A DNA stretch of 64,000 bases from Felis catus (lineage: Eukaryota). Shown here in pieces: positions 52,165 to 64,000 of this stretch (the first letter of the stretch is position 1; each line of letters begins with the position of its first letter). A model generated the notes under the pieces. That model saw only the letters and a program-made list of their open reading frames with translations. It was not told the DNA's origin and searched no databases. Both the position numbers and the translations under genes were made by a program. Location of the stretch: contig NC_058368.1 of the NCBI RefSeq assembly GCF_018350175.1, forward strand, positions 194,930,001-194,994,000, given 5' to 3'.

Positions 52165-52590
52165 GGGGTATCTGGGTGGCTTAGATGGCTAAGCATCCAA
52201 CTCTTGATTTTGGCTCAGGTCATGATCTCACAGTTCATGGGATGGAGCCCCATATTGGGCCCTACACTAACAGCACAGATCCTGTTTGAGATTCTCTCTC
52301 CGCCCCTCTCCTGATCACACGTTCTCTCTCTCTCTCAAAAAATACATAAATATTTTTTTAAAAATTTTTCATGTTTATTTTTAAGAGAGAAAGAGTGTGA
52401 GCAGGGGAGGGGCAGACAGAGAGGAAGACACAGAATCTGAGGCAGGCCCCAGGCTCCAAGCTGTCACCACAGAGCCCGACGCAGGGTTCAAACTCATGAA
52501 CCATGAGATCATGACCTGAGCCAAAGTTGGATGCTTAACCGACTGAGCCTCCCAGGTGACCCTAAATAAACATTAAAAAAAAAAAAAAAG
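52165..52590. mobile_element. Antiparallel nested CAN-SINEs: a + element from 52165 with a - element (52353-52562) in its tail, all inside a MIR
   Basis: Outer TSD aaagataaaacgagctga / aaagataaaaagagccga. The outer tail taaataaacattaaaa resumes at 52563 after the inner element's head. Confidence 0.94.
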
Positions 52591-52766
52591 ATAAAAAGAG
52601 CCGAAATGCATGGCATGCTTAGCACAACACCTGGAACATAGTAGGTCCTCAGTAAGGGGGACCTTTTATTACTTATATGGCTAGTGGTTAAGCTAAGCTG
52701 AATGGTTTGAATGCCTTTGCCTACACACCTCTGCTATTCCTTCTACGCGAGATTCCTTTGATCTGC

Positions 52767-52769
<3 letters not shown>

Positions 52770-52815
<46 letters not shown>
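52770..52815. repeat. (TA)n microsatellite
   Basis: About 23 perfect units. Confidence 0.97.
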
Positions 52816-52821
<6 letters not shown>

Positions 52822-54464
52822 TCCTAATCTAAATACACTGAGGCCACACACACCCTAGTCCTCAAGCCTTGTCCTGCTCTAAGCCTGACTCCCCACCCCT
52901 GGACTTCCTCCTCACACATCAGTGGCCTCCTTTCCAGCTGAAACTAGATATTGTTCCCATCTCAGAACAACACCAGACCTGGAGGTGCTAACATCGGGAG
53001 GCTGGAACAGACTGAAAGGGGCTATTTCCAAAGTCACCTTCCCTCTGAAAGCTTTTCCTGATTCACCCAAGCTGGCTGGAAGTCATCTCAAAGACTCGAG
53101 AGCAATATCTAATAGCAATTTTTTAGAACCTCTTTGACCTTTGTCACTGCCAGTGTTGTGTGGTAGTTTTTGTGTCCATATCTTGCATCACCCACCAGAT
53201 AATTTGAACTCTCTGAGGGTAGAAACCAAGACCTTATGCCTCCACCCTCACTGTTCTTCCTCTAAGCCTAACAAATATTTATAGAGTAGAATTGAGTTTA
53301 GACAGAAGACACCCCTTTGAGAGCTGGATACGGAGACCTAGGAAGGTATGAGAATCTGGCCTTTGTCCATGCCTTGGACAGTCTCTTGGCTCTGATTGCA
53401 ACGGGAGCACATCCTGTCTACCACATTCCCTTCTCACCACCACATTCATCCAGGCCCCTTCCTATTAAGACACTTCATGCTTCCTAATTGACCACAGTGC
53501 TGAGTTTAGGAGAGTTTAGTTGGAAAAATTGGAGCGTGAAGTTAGACACAGCGGGGATGGCAGTAGGCGGCAAATCCCACTGCAGTGGCACACAGGAAGC
53601 CCTCAATAGATGTTTGTTGAGTGGTAGAATGAGTGAATGAAGGAATAAATGCTCTACCTTGGTCTTATAAGCAAGAAAACCAGAAAACAGACCATCAGCG
53701 ACTCTCGGAGGCAGGATGGGTGAATTAATCCTAGAGACTACGGAGCGAGAGCTCAGGAAATCCCTCCCACCCCAGACTTAGATGGGCCAGCCTTGAGAGC
53801 TCGAGACCTGGAAGCCAACTACCGGAGGTGGAACCTGAGGCTCTAGGGTGGAGAATTCAAGTGTTGCTCCTCTGGCCCCTGACCCTGAACGGAGACCCCG
53901 AGCATGTCAAACGCTGACCAGTGTGATTGCAGGGCTAAGTGAGCAAAACAGCATCTAGCTTTCAGCCTATTACACCAATTACATTGATCTCTTCTGAACT
54001 GCATTTCCCACTGCTGTTTACCAACTAAGGAGGAGGAAATCGATGGCAACAGCTTGTTTGGGTAGCAGCCTCTGAAGGGAGGAGCAGGGGGCTGCTGGGA
54101 GGAGTCATGCTGCTTGTGGACACCAGATACATTCTCCAGGTCTCCCGCTTTCCCTTTGCACTGGTCATTTCCTAATGAGGCCCCACCGCTCTTGTTTTCT
54201 TTTCCTACTTTTAAGTGATGTACCTTTATCTTTTTTACGATCAACATGCATTTACTTTTCTTATAAGAAAAACTAACATATCTTTTTAAATATCAGTAAT
54301 AACATGCAAGTGTCATAATGCCCTCCCCTACTTAAAAATTTTCAAAGGCTCCGCATGACTCTCGGGATGAAGTCCAAATCCCTCAGGAGAGTTTGCAAGG
54401 CCCTGCAAGCACCTTCCCCTTAACACATCTACTTGCTGTTTTTTCCAAAGGACCATGCCCTTCC

Positions 54465-54681
54465 TTTTTTTTTTTTTTTTTTAATGTTTACTTATTTTTG
54501 AGACAGAGACAGACCATGAGTGAGGGAGGGGCAGAGAGAGAGGGAGACACAGAATCCAAAGCAGGCTCCAGGCTCTGATTTGTTAGCACAGAGCCCGATG
54601 CGGGGCTCAAACTCACAAACCGCGAGATCATGACCTGAGCCAAAGTTGGACGCTTAACCGACGAAGCCACCCAGGCGCCCC
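54465..54681 (-). mobile_element. Felid CAN-SINE inserted in an L2 remnant (L2 about 54300-55030, + strand)
   Basis: Poly(T) tail through gccacccaggcgcccc. Degenerate TSD ending ccttccttt. Flanks carry L2 motifs (cttaaatatcacttcttc, ctccagtgcctagaactgtgcctgg). Confidence 0.94.
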
Positions 54682-55032
54682 TAAAGTACCACATCCTTCC
54701 TTTGCCTCAAGACCTCCCAGTATGCGGCTCCTACTGCCCAAAGTGCTTTTCCTCTCTGGCTCAATCTTATTTGGCCTCACCTTAAATATCACTTCTTCTG
54801 GAGCCTTCCTGACCAGATTTAGCCTCCTGCCCTAAATCTGGCTGGAGGGCCTGTCTTCTACATCTCCATGGCACCCTGTATTTCATCCCCATCGCAGCCC
54901 TTGTCTCCGTGTGGTGTAAACATTACACTTAGGCTCTGGGACTGCAAGAATATGTCTGTCTTTCTTGTTCTTGGTAGATTCTCCAGTGCCTAGAACTGTG
55001 CCTGGTCCTTAACAGAGGCTCAGTTAAATGGA

Positions 55033-55102
55033 AAAATAAAAATAAAATAAAATAAAATAAAATAAAATAAAATAAAATAAAATAAAATAAAATAAAATAA
55101 AA
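55033..55102. repeat. (AAAAT)n pentanucleotide repeat
   Basis: About 13 perfect units. Confidence 0.96.
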
Positions 55103-55153
55103 CTAGTAACAATTAGCTGTTCGATTTGGAAGGGTTCTTAGAGACCATCTATC

Positions 55154-55356
55154 TTTTTTTTTTTAGAGAGACATTGACAGTCTCTCTAAAGTGGGGGGAG
55201 GGGCAGAGAGAGAGGGAGAGAGAATCCTAAGCAGGTGAGGCAGGCACTGTCAGTGCAGAGCCCGACGAGGGACCTGAACCCATGAAACCATGAGATCGTG
55301 ACCTGAGCCAAAACCAAGAGTCAGATGCTTAACTGACTGAGCCACCCAGGCTCCCC
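55154..55356 (-). mobile_element. CAN-SINE
   Basis: T tail, ggggcagagagagagggagagagaatcc...gactgagccacccaggctcccc, flanked by ctatc on both sides. Confidence 0.93.
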
Positions 55357-55854
55357 TATCCTAACTCGTGTTAACACTGAGGCCTAGAGAAGCCAATAGG
55401 TCCTTTACTGAACCACTACGTGACCTTAGAAAAACGCCTTCCCTCTCCGGGTCTCAGTCTCTCCACTATAAAATGAGGAAAGCTCTTCCTACTCTAACTT
55501 TTTCTGGCTTTGCTTCCTCCTCCTTCTGGGTATTGGGTAGCTCGTAGGTGCACTGACTGCGTGGGTAGGTGGGACGGTGCAGGAGAAATATAAGGTCAGA
55601 CTCATCCTCTCAACTTGCTGCCGATCAAGTTGAGAAGATAAGGTGCACCCAGTGCTAAATTAAATGTTCCTGGTGATTCCGTCTTGCCAAGGAGATCAGA
55701 AAAGGAAGAGATCGTGGAAGTCTGGAGGCATTGAGACTCCTGCAGGAGACAGCACCTAAGCTGAGCAGGCAGAATTTACCGAGGCAGTGAGGATGACAGA
55801 GCAGTATCTCTGGCACAGAACTGGCTAGTCACACCTGTGGGACATAACAAAGGG

Positions 55855-56040
55855 CTGGGCTGACGCATTCAGAGCCCAGCTCTGCCACTTACTAGCTCTG
55901 GGCCTTGGGCAAGTTTCATAACCTTTACAAGCCTCAGTTTCTTTCCCCTCACTAAACAAACTTGAATGTCTGGTGTGCAGGGGTTTCGTGAGGATTAAGT
56001 GTGCGTGACAGTACCTAGAACAGCACCTGGTGCCTAACAG
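55855..56040 (+). mobile_element. MIR SINE
   Basis: cccagctctgccacttactagctctgggccttgggcaagtt...gcctcagtttc...gtgaggattaag. Confidence 0.85.
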
Positions 56041-57551
56041 ACCATTTTAAGAAATGCCACTTTGTTTTCTTCCTTCCGGTCACGTCAACAGGTGTGACGT
56101 ATCACTGGCAAGAACATCAAAAGTGCAGCTGGGGTTTGGGGACTGAAGGCTCTTCCTGCCCAACCACTCATAGTCTCGTTTACTCTGACACGACTTGTCC
56201 AGTGCCCCGCTGCACACACAAACACATGCACGCAAACACATGTGCGTGCGCACTTCACGTAAAATCCAAGAGAGAAAGAGAGGCTAGTTCTAATTCCCCA
56301 ATCAGATGGGGCCAGATTGGGAGCCCTCCATTACTGTCAGCAGGAAAAACAAAGTATCAACATCCAGGTCTGGCCTAGAGTTCTCCCTCCACCACGGGAT
56401 TTAAAAGACATGAGATTATGAGACCAAATGTCATTTTCTATAGGGCTGGAGGAAGAGGCCTCAATGAAATTATAGAACAATCCTATATAATACCTTGGAA
56501 CATTTTATGAAGCTATGGATATTTCTGAAGGAGAACAGAATGAGGCATGTGCTGTGGGGGATGCTGGCAGGGGTGAGGGTGAGGGTGGGGAGGAGGATTG
56601 TTTTAGTCCATCCCTGCTGATGACAGACCCAGAGTGATTAGGAAAAGAAAATGTAGCATGATCTCATTTATCCAGCCTGTCTGTCTTTCAGGGAAAGCAG
56701 CAGGTGCTCCTGTGTGGAGACTATTGGTGAAGGAGAGCATTCAGAGTTGGACTTGAACTGAGGTCATTAATCTTTTAAGGAACTATAGACCCTTTTGAGA
56801 ATCCAACATAGAGACTCATGTTCTTCTTCCCAGAAAGCACAAATATGTCCCAAATTCTACTTGCAGTGACATAACATTCATAGATCACAGATTTACAATG
56901 CCTCCCTAACAAAACTGAAAATGTTTCTTCGTGAAAATATTTCTTAACTTCATTACCCACTTTCCTGGCACAGAGACCCACCACCCCACTAACTGCTTCT
57001 CAGGCTGTGAATGGAAACTAAGTGGACTCTTTTGGCTCCTCTAGAACCAAGTGACCAAATCCTCTGCTAGGAGTGAGGACTCTTGTGTTCCAGAATCAAC
57101 TCTGACCTGCTTTTTCAGAGTGATACCAGGTCGGTCTTAACTCTGGACTTCATTTTGTCCATCTGGAAAAAAAAAAAAAAAAAAAAAAAAAACAAAGGTG
57201 GAGGGTGGGGGAGAGAGTTTCGACTAGGACCGTACTTCTCGTAGGTTCTATAGAAGACAAGCATCATGTACAAACACAAGAGCTCTATAGCCAAAATAAA
57301 TCGGGGAAATAATGCATATTCTATTCCCTTCTTGGAGATACGTACAAATAGTCAGCATATTAAGGTCTCTGAGAAGTCCTACAATAAAAAATCCATTGCA
57401 TTTGGTTTAGTCCAACATTTCCCTCTTGGGTTTGATCACGACTTTTTCAGCCACATAACTCCACTACAGTCACATCAGAGAAGCCCTTAACCAAGCACTG
57501 AGTTGAGAACCCAGTAAGGTATAACTCCACAACATCTATGCATTCTCTCCA

Positions 57552-57655
57552 GGGGTGGCTGGGTCAGTTGGAAGAGCATGCAACTCTTGATCTCGGGGTC
57601 GTGAGTTCAAGACCCACATTGGGTGTAGAGCTTACATTTAAAAAAAATTTTTTTT
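57552..57655 (+). mobile_element. Short old carnivore SINE (tRNA-derived part plus tail, no CT region)
   Basis: ggctgggtcagttggaagagcatgcaactcttgatctcggggtcgtgagttcaagacccacattgggtgtagagcttac followed by an A-rich tail. Confidence 0.85.
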
Positions 57656-58042
57656 GAGAAAATTCTCCCCAAAGAAATAAAGCAACATATATGATAGAAG
57701 GTTGCAGAAGGCTGGTATTGAAACAGAGAGATGTGAAGCCTACGACCATTGAATTCACCCATCCTTCCTTCGCTGCTTGGGAATCAATTGCTCTCTTTAG
57801 ACAGAATAGTGTGAATGCTCAGGCATCAGCTTTTAGCCTTTCTTTTTGCTCCTTCAATCCATCTAGAGCAGTGACTCTCAAACCTCAGTGTGCATGGGAA
57901 TTACTGCCCTGATGGCATCGATAATAAAAGGGAGACTTCAACCTTATCAGTGATGGACTATTAATCTCACCTAAAAAAATGAAGCAAACAGGGCAAAATG
58001 TCAACAGGATGAAAACAGGTGTTTATTACATCAGCCGGTGCT

Positions 58043-58188
58043 TTATTTTTTGTTTGTTTTTATTTTTTAAGTAGGCTCCACGCCCAGCAGGGAGCCCAGT
58101 GTGGGGTCTGAACTCACAACCCTGAGATCAAGACCTGAACTGAGATCAAGAGTCAGATGCATAACCTACTGAGCCACCCAGGTGCCCC
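58043..58188 (-). mobile_element. Short CAN-SINE about 280 bp upstream of exon 4
   Basis: taagtaggctccacgcccagc...ctgagatcaagacctgaactgagatcaagagtcagatgc...gagccacccaggtgcccc. Confidence 0.92.
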
Positions 58189-58471
58189 AGTTGGAACTTT
58201 ATTATTTTTTTTTTAATTTTTCAAAAGAAAACATTTAAATAACTCAGTTCAGAACTAAATGTACTTAATTTAAGAGGATTTCTAGGAATGACTCCCCTGA
58301 CTTTTTCCTGATGCACAGACTTTACATCTCACCCCGTATTAGGCGCAACCACACTCATAACTCTCCAGAAGGGACTTTGGGGCATGCTGAACAAAAGCAC
58401 CAGGGGTCCTCTCTGAGAGTTGACATCCCAGGGCCTGACCCTGACTCTACTTCCTCATCTCCTGGCTCTAG

Positions 58472-58696
<225 letters not shown>

Positions 58697-61367
58697 TGAG
58701 TTCCACACAGGTTCGCCCCCACCCCCCTCCTCAGAACACACCTTGTCCCGTTGCCTTTGGGGAGCAGATACTAAGAAGTGAACCAACCAGGCGTGAACAG
58801 GCCCTGGCAACCCAGCTCCTTTGCACAATACACAGAGCCAGCTCTGTAAATGACACTCAGCGACTGAGAATCCAATACCTTGAGAAATCCTAGGAGTGAG
58901 TGGTTCATTATAACCAGGGGAACCAAGAAAGCATCCTAAAGAGTGGGACGGGGGTTAAGGTTAGGCCCCCTAAGCTCACCCACAATTTCAATAAAACAAA
59001 AATGGAAAAGAGTATTCAAAGGCAGTGCTCAGTGGCAGGGCTGTTCAGTTACTCAAAATGAAGAAGTTCTAGAGAGATGACATTCAACATTATGCCTACA
59101 GGTAACAATGCTGTATTGAACACATAAACATTTGTTAAGAGGTTGGATCTCACATTAAATGTTCTTATCAGAATAAAAAAAAAAAAATAGCAGGAGCAAA
59201 GGCACAAAGCCTGAAAAGTCATAGCCACTTCAACAGCCAACGAAAGGTGGATGGTGCTACTCACAGATACGAGCCAGGGCTGCCCCAAACCCTTTCTATC
59301 TTCCATATCTTGCACTGGGTCTAGGAAGCTAGGACCCCCTTCCCAGCTGGGAGGTATCCTGCAGATGTTGTTTAGGGGCAAGCTTTCACAGTCTCCTGCC
59401 AACTCTCCCCACCTCATTCCCAACTTCTTCCCTCGAGCCATGGAAAAAATGACCAATGTCCATTTTAGATTCTTACATACCTGGCATCCACTGAGAATTT
59501 ATTTATTAAGCTGGGTATTTTACTTAAATTATTTGTAATCCTATCAATCCCATGAAGTATTTTTTTTATTATGCCCACTTTTCAGATTAGACAGGTGACG
59601 ATCTTAAAGTTTAAGTCATTTGCCAAAGTTCCCACAGTCAGCCTAGATTCTCATCTGTTAGCATGGATCTGATGCCTGCTCAGGACCTGGAACAGTGTAG
59701 GGCATTCGATAGGTACTCATTTGATGAATGAATGCATATGTTTTTATTTCAAAGAGCTTAAAAGGGACCCTGGCCCTAAATGACTCCTCCTCCCCCTCCA
59801 GTTCTTTGGCGGAAGAAATCTTCCTGTTTCCATTAGCAGATGAGCTTTAAATGTCCAGGACTATAGGGGAGTCTGCATACACATCCTAACCCTCAGATGT
59901 GACTGGACTCAGGGTGTCTCCTGAGAGCAGGACAGGTAGGAGGGGGGTACTTAAGAACCTCAGCAGGGAAAGGAGGCACTAAGGAGGGGATGGCTGGGTA
60001 GAGCCAGAGGCCGATGTGGCCTTCCTCACCCCGGAGCCTGTCCTGCCAGTGCACATTCAGATGGAAGGGTGATGGGCTCATGAGAGCCACCAAGTGCCCT
60101 GACTGGCTGGGGCAGGAGAGGTTACCCTGCTTGGATTTTGCTGCTGCCAGGCTAGTTTTGTATCTCTACAAAGCTAAGCCCCATGCAGCATGACAGAAGG
60201 ACAAATCAGCAAAAAGTGATGTTCCCAAGGTCATTCAACTTCAGGAAATTAACCTAGTGTGACAGCTGCCCCACTTTGGAGCTTTTATCTGCAGAAATTC
60301 AACTGTGTTCACTTTCTCTTCACCTTCCCCTTCCCTCTCCCACCCCATTCTTCCCTTCCTTCCCACCTCCCTTTCCCCCCTCTTGCTTCTTACCTTGTGC
60401 TTAAATGGGACCCAAATCCAGACCAGTTGGAAGTGAGCTGGAGGGAGGAAGTGGACACAGGGCCATGCGCTCACCGTCTGCAGCTAAGATGCCAGCAGCT
60501 AAGTGTCACTAGACCACCGCCAGTGAGGTGCCTTTCAGGCTGGCAGTGTTGGAAAGCAAACACATGAGCTCAGAATCCAGTGGCCAGGAGACAAAGTTTT
60601 GAATCCTGCCTTTGAGCCATCACTTGCTGTGTGACCTTGCATGAGTCCCTACCAATTCTTCTCTGTACCTCAGTTTTCTCACCTGTCAAATGAGGGAGTT
60701 GGCCTGATGATCTAAGGCTCTTTGGGGCTCCGAGAGCCTTTCTTCTCCATTCTCTGCAGCAGGTGCTCAGATGTTGGCACAGCCTTTTAAGCTGAAGCCT
60801 TGCATCCTAACCTGAGCTGCAGACTCCAGCTCTGTTAGGGGGACTCCCTCTGGGTCTAAGGCTGAGCCTCTTCAAGGGTCTAACAACCTAAAATAAACGG
60901 CTATCCCAGAAGCCTGGGGGTACCCACCACTTCCCAACTGACTCCAGCGTGAGCCCACAGGTGTGAGCCAGCTCTGTTTGGACACCCAGAAGGGCCTCTT
61001 TGAAATGGCTTTTGATAAGTCCAGTGTATGAAGGGAGGCAGCAAAGAACCACTTGAAGCACCTGACAGGTGCACCTGGGAAACCTGAGACCTGGGGCTAC
61101 TCAACTTAAAATCCAGACTCTGCAGAAGACAGCCCCTGGCCTCCAGGCCTTCAGGCAGCTTGCTACAGGCAGATGTCTAGAAGCCAGATAGTCTCCAAAG
61201 AAACCCACGAATTCCACTGACTGTGTGACTTTAGGCAACCTACGGTATCTCTCTAAGCCTCCACTCCATAGCTGGAATATAGAAATAGACATGTATTATT
61301 TCAATATACGCCAGTTACCTGCCCTCCTTGACTTGTCCAAGTTAACTGATTTTCTGGTAATCACTAG

Positions 61368-61526
<159 letters not shown>

Positions 61527-62227
61527 TGAGGGTTTTAGAAAAAACCAGACTCCCCTTTACCCAGGGGACGAGCAGAACTTCCCATACAGCTACTCCTAAC
61601 TGCTGGACCCCAGGGGATTACTGCACTAGCCCAAAATACCAGATGAGGGGCTTTGCTTTAGAAAATGCATTAGAAATATAACCCCCCTTCCATTGTCTGG
61701 CTGAGGCCCAACTTTGAAGCCAGCAGTATTTTCCCAAGACTCTGTTCCATGTCCCTTGCGGACATGCTCTCCAGGAGTGCAGCAGGAAGAGTTTGAACAA
61801 GCCATAGTCCTTGAACTCACAGGAAGATAGACAACTAGATGCACAAGTAACTCTAACACAGGGCAGCAAGCGGTAAGCGTGTTGTGAGAAGTACAAATGC
61901 TGTGGCCTCATGGCAGAAGAGTGCTTCCTTCTGGTTGGGAAAGAGAAGGGGTGCTAGGGAAGGTTTTATGTAGGAGGTCACAAGTGAATCTACCAGAGGA
62001 GGTAGCTGCCTTCTTTGATTGCAGACAGAAACGAATCCAATTTAAAAGATGGAAAGAAATGGAAGGACATAGGGGGTCTTCATGGACTTGAAAGAGAAGC
62101 TGAAAGCACAGGAACCAGGGCAGAGGATTTAGGCAGCAGGAACCAATGGGGCAGCCCCTTGGAGCACCACCTCTGAGCGGAATTGGCACCAGCCCACTCT
62201 GAACCTTTTGTCACTTGCCTCAAGAAT

Positions 62228-62897
62228 CAAATCAGGAGACTATAAACGCTGGAGAGGATGTGGAGAAACGGGAACCCTCTTGTACTGTTGGTGGGAATGC
62301 AAACTGGTACAGCCACTCTGGAAAACAGCATGGAGTTTCCTCAAAAAATTAAAAATAGATCTACCCTATGACCCAGCAATAGTACTGCTAGGAATTTACC
62401 CAAGGGATACAGGAGTGCTGATGCATAGGGGCACTTGTACCCCAATGTTTATAGCAGTACTTTCAACAATAGCCAAATTATGGAAAGAGTCTAAATGTCC
62501 ATCAACTGACGAATGGATGAAGAAGATGTGGTTTATATATACAATGGAGTACTACGTGGAAATGAGAAAGAATGAAATCTGGCCATTTGTAGCAACGTGG
62601 ATGGAACTGGAGGGTATTATGCTAAGTGAAATAAGTCAGGCAGAGAAAGACAGATACGTCTCTCCACTCATACGTGGATCCTGAGAAACTTAACAGAATA
62701 CCAGGGGGGAGGGGATGGGGGGAGAAAATGTTACAGAGAGAGAAGGAGGAAAACCATAAGAGACTCTTAAATTCTGAGAACAAGCTGAGGGTTGGTGGGG
62801 GGTGGGGGAGAAGGGAAAGTGGGTGATGGGCATTGAGGAGGGCACCTGTTGGGATGAGCACCGGGTGTTTTGTGGAAACCATTTTGACAATAAATGT

Positions 62898-62930
<33 letters not shown>
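62228..62930 (+). mobile_element. Felid L1, 5'-truncated (about 700 bp: ORF2 C-terminus and 3' UTR) in GLRA1 intron 5
   Basis: ORF 62208..62684 has the L1 ORF2 Cys-rich domain ([25 protein letters not shown]...[13 protein letters not shown]...ATWMELEGIMLSEISQ). G-rich 3' UTR. Candidate TSD agaatcaaa at 62223-62231 and 62930-62938. Confidence 0.96.

Positions 62931-62932
<2 letters not shown>
62898..62932. repeat. (TAGA)n tetranucleotide repeat at the L1 tail
   Basis: tagatagatagatagatagatagataatagataga. Confidence 0.9.
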
Positions 62933-63382
62933 ATCAAAGTCCTGCCATAGAGGATCTGATTGATGTAGTTGAGTCATTAACTCACACCTTGGCCCCCAAC
63001 TGATAGTCCTACAACAGTATTCTATAGAATCATTCCCCAGAGGAAAAGAGGGAGCTTGCAAGGATGGTGTGCAGGCAAAGTAGCAGATGTGAGCTGAATA
63101 TGACCATGGGGGTAAGTATTGGGGACAAAAGGACAAGCCAGTGTCAGATGGGGGGGGGGGGTAAGAAGCACGGTAGAAGGGCAGGGGGCTAGAAATAATT
63201 AAACCAGTTTTAACCTCTTTTGTTGCAAGTGGGCTGGGAGAGAGTGGCAGCAAGACAACATGGTCTCATGAGTTCCATCTAGTGCCCAATGCCTCTTAGT
63301 CTCTAACCCAAACCAACTCTGACATGCTTCAAATAAATGCTTCTGGGTGGTGACTGCTCCTTCTTCTGAACCCCCATCCCAG

Positions 63383-63520
63383 TTGGCTATACCATGAATG
63401 ACCTGATCTTCGAGTGGCAGGAGCAGGGAGCTGTGCAGGTGGCAGATGGACTAACTCTACCCCAGTTTATCCTGAAAGAAGAGAAGGACTTGAGATATTG
63501 CACGAAGCATTACAACACAG
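63383..63520 (+). CDS. GLRA1: GLRA1 coding exon 6 (138 nt): (F)[45 protein letters not shown](G)
   Basis: Acceptor cccccatcccag|TT and donor ACAG|gtaggt. Overlaps ORF 63394..63609 and encodes loop B, loop F and the start of loop C. Confidence 0.97.
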
Positions 63521-64000
63521 GTAGGTGCAAGGATGTCCTCCTCAGGTCCCACCCCCAATCAGGGTCAGAGGTCATTTCAAACATTCATTCAATCAAGAGG
63601 CGTTCTTGATGGACATAGCTTTGTGTTAATTACCTCAAGGTTAAGAGAATAGGCTTTGAAACCAGAAAAGTGGCTCTGACCCTTTCTTCCTGGATGTCCT
63701 GGGGCAAGTCACTGAAGCTTAGGCCACACTTCATTGCAAGGGAGTCTGGGAGATACGGTCTCCATCCCAGGTAGCAGCATGCCCAGTCAAAATGAATCCT
63801 ACTCCTAAGGCAGAAGGGCAGAGCTGATATTAGGAGGACATCTAGCAGAGTCTGTCACAGGGGAGCTGTCATTTCAGACAGAGCACAAGTACACAGACTT
63901 CAGCAGGAGGGAGCTGAGAGGTGGCACTGAGGTTATAAATAAGTACAGTTGGAAAGCGTCCCCTAGATTGTGAGCTGCAAGAGGGCGAAGAAACCACCAC

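Noticed and set aside
57552..57630. tRNA gene
   Set aside because: The A/B-box-like sequence is followed by the SINE-specific segment and an A-rich tail, so it is a tRNA-derived SINE rather than a tRNA.
59855..59872. ccaggactatagggg resembling the exon 4 acceptor and start (ctaggactataggg)
   Set aside because: The match is only about 12 nt, does not extend and has no polypyrimidine tract, so it is probably chance.

Overview
Mammalian genomic DNA from a felid, most likely a cat, judged from the SINEC_Fc-type CAN-SINEs and the felid L1 3' ends. The window lies inside the glycine receptor alpha-1 gene (GLRA1) on the + strand. It holds about 32 kb of intron 1, coding exons 2-6 (128, 68, 224, 83 and 138 nt, all with AG/GT boundaries and an intact spliced frame) and the start of intron 6. 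I did not find exon 1 or the TM-coding exons in the window. The rest is repeat-rich intron: about 19 CAN-SINEs, three felid L1 3' fragments, ancient L1, L2, MIR, MER and MaLR remnants, and microsatellites. Almost all ORFs in the track are spurious, and I found no evidence for a new gene system. The most unusual signals are structural. In two independent head-to-head SINE pairs (about 14.1-14.6 kb and 21.8-22.3 kb) the target-site duplications lie in inverted orientation, which implies the spacer between the SINEs was flipped. An ultra-short L1 insertion at about 41.5 kb carries a 48-bp inverted copy of its own upstream flank. Repeat family names and ancient-repeat boundaries come from recalled consensus motifs and are approximate.
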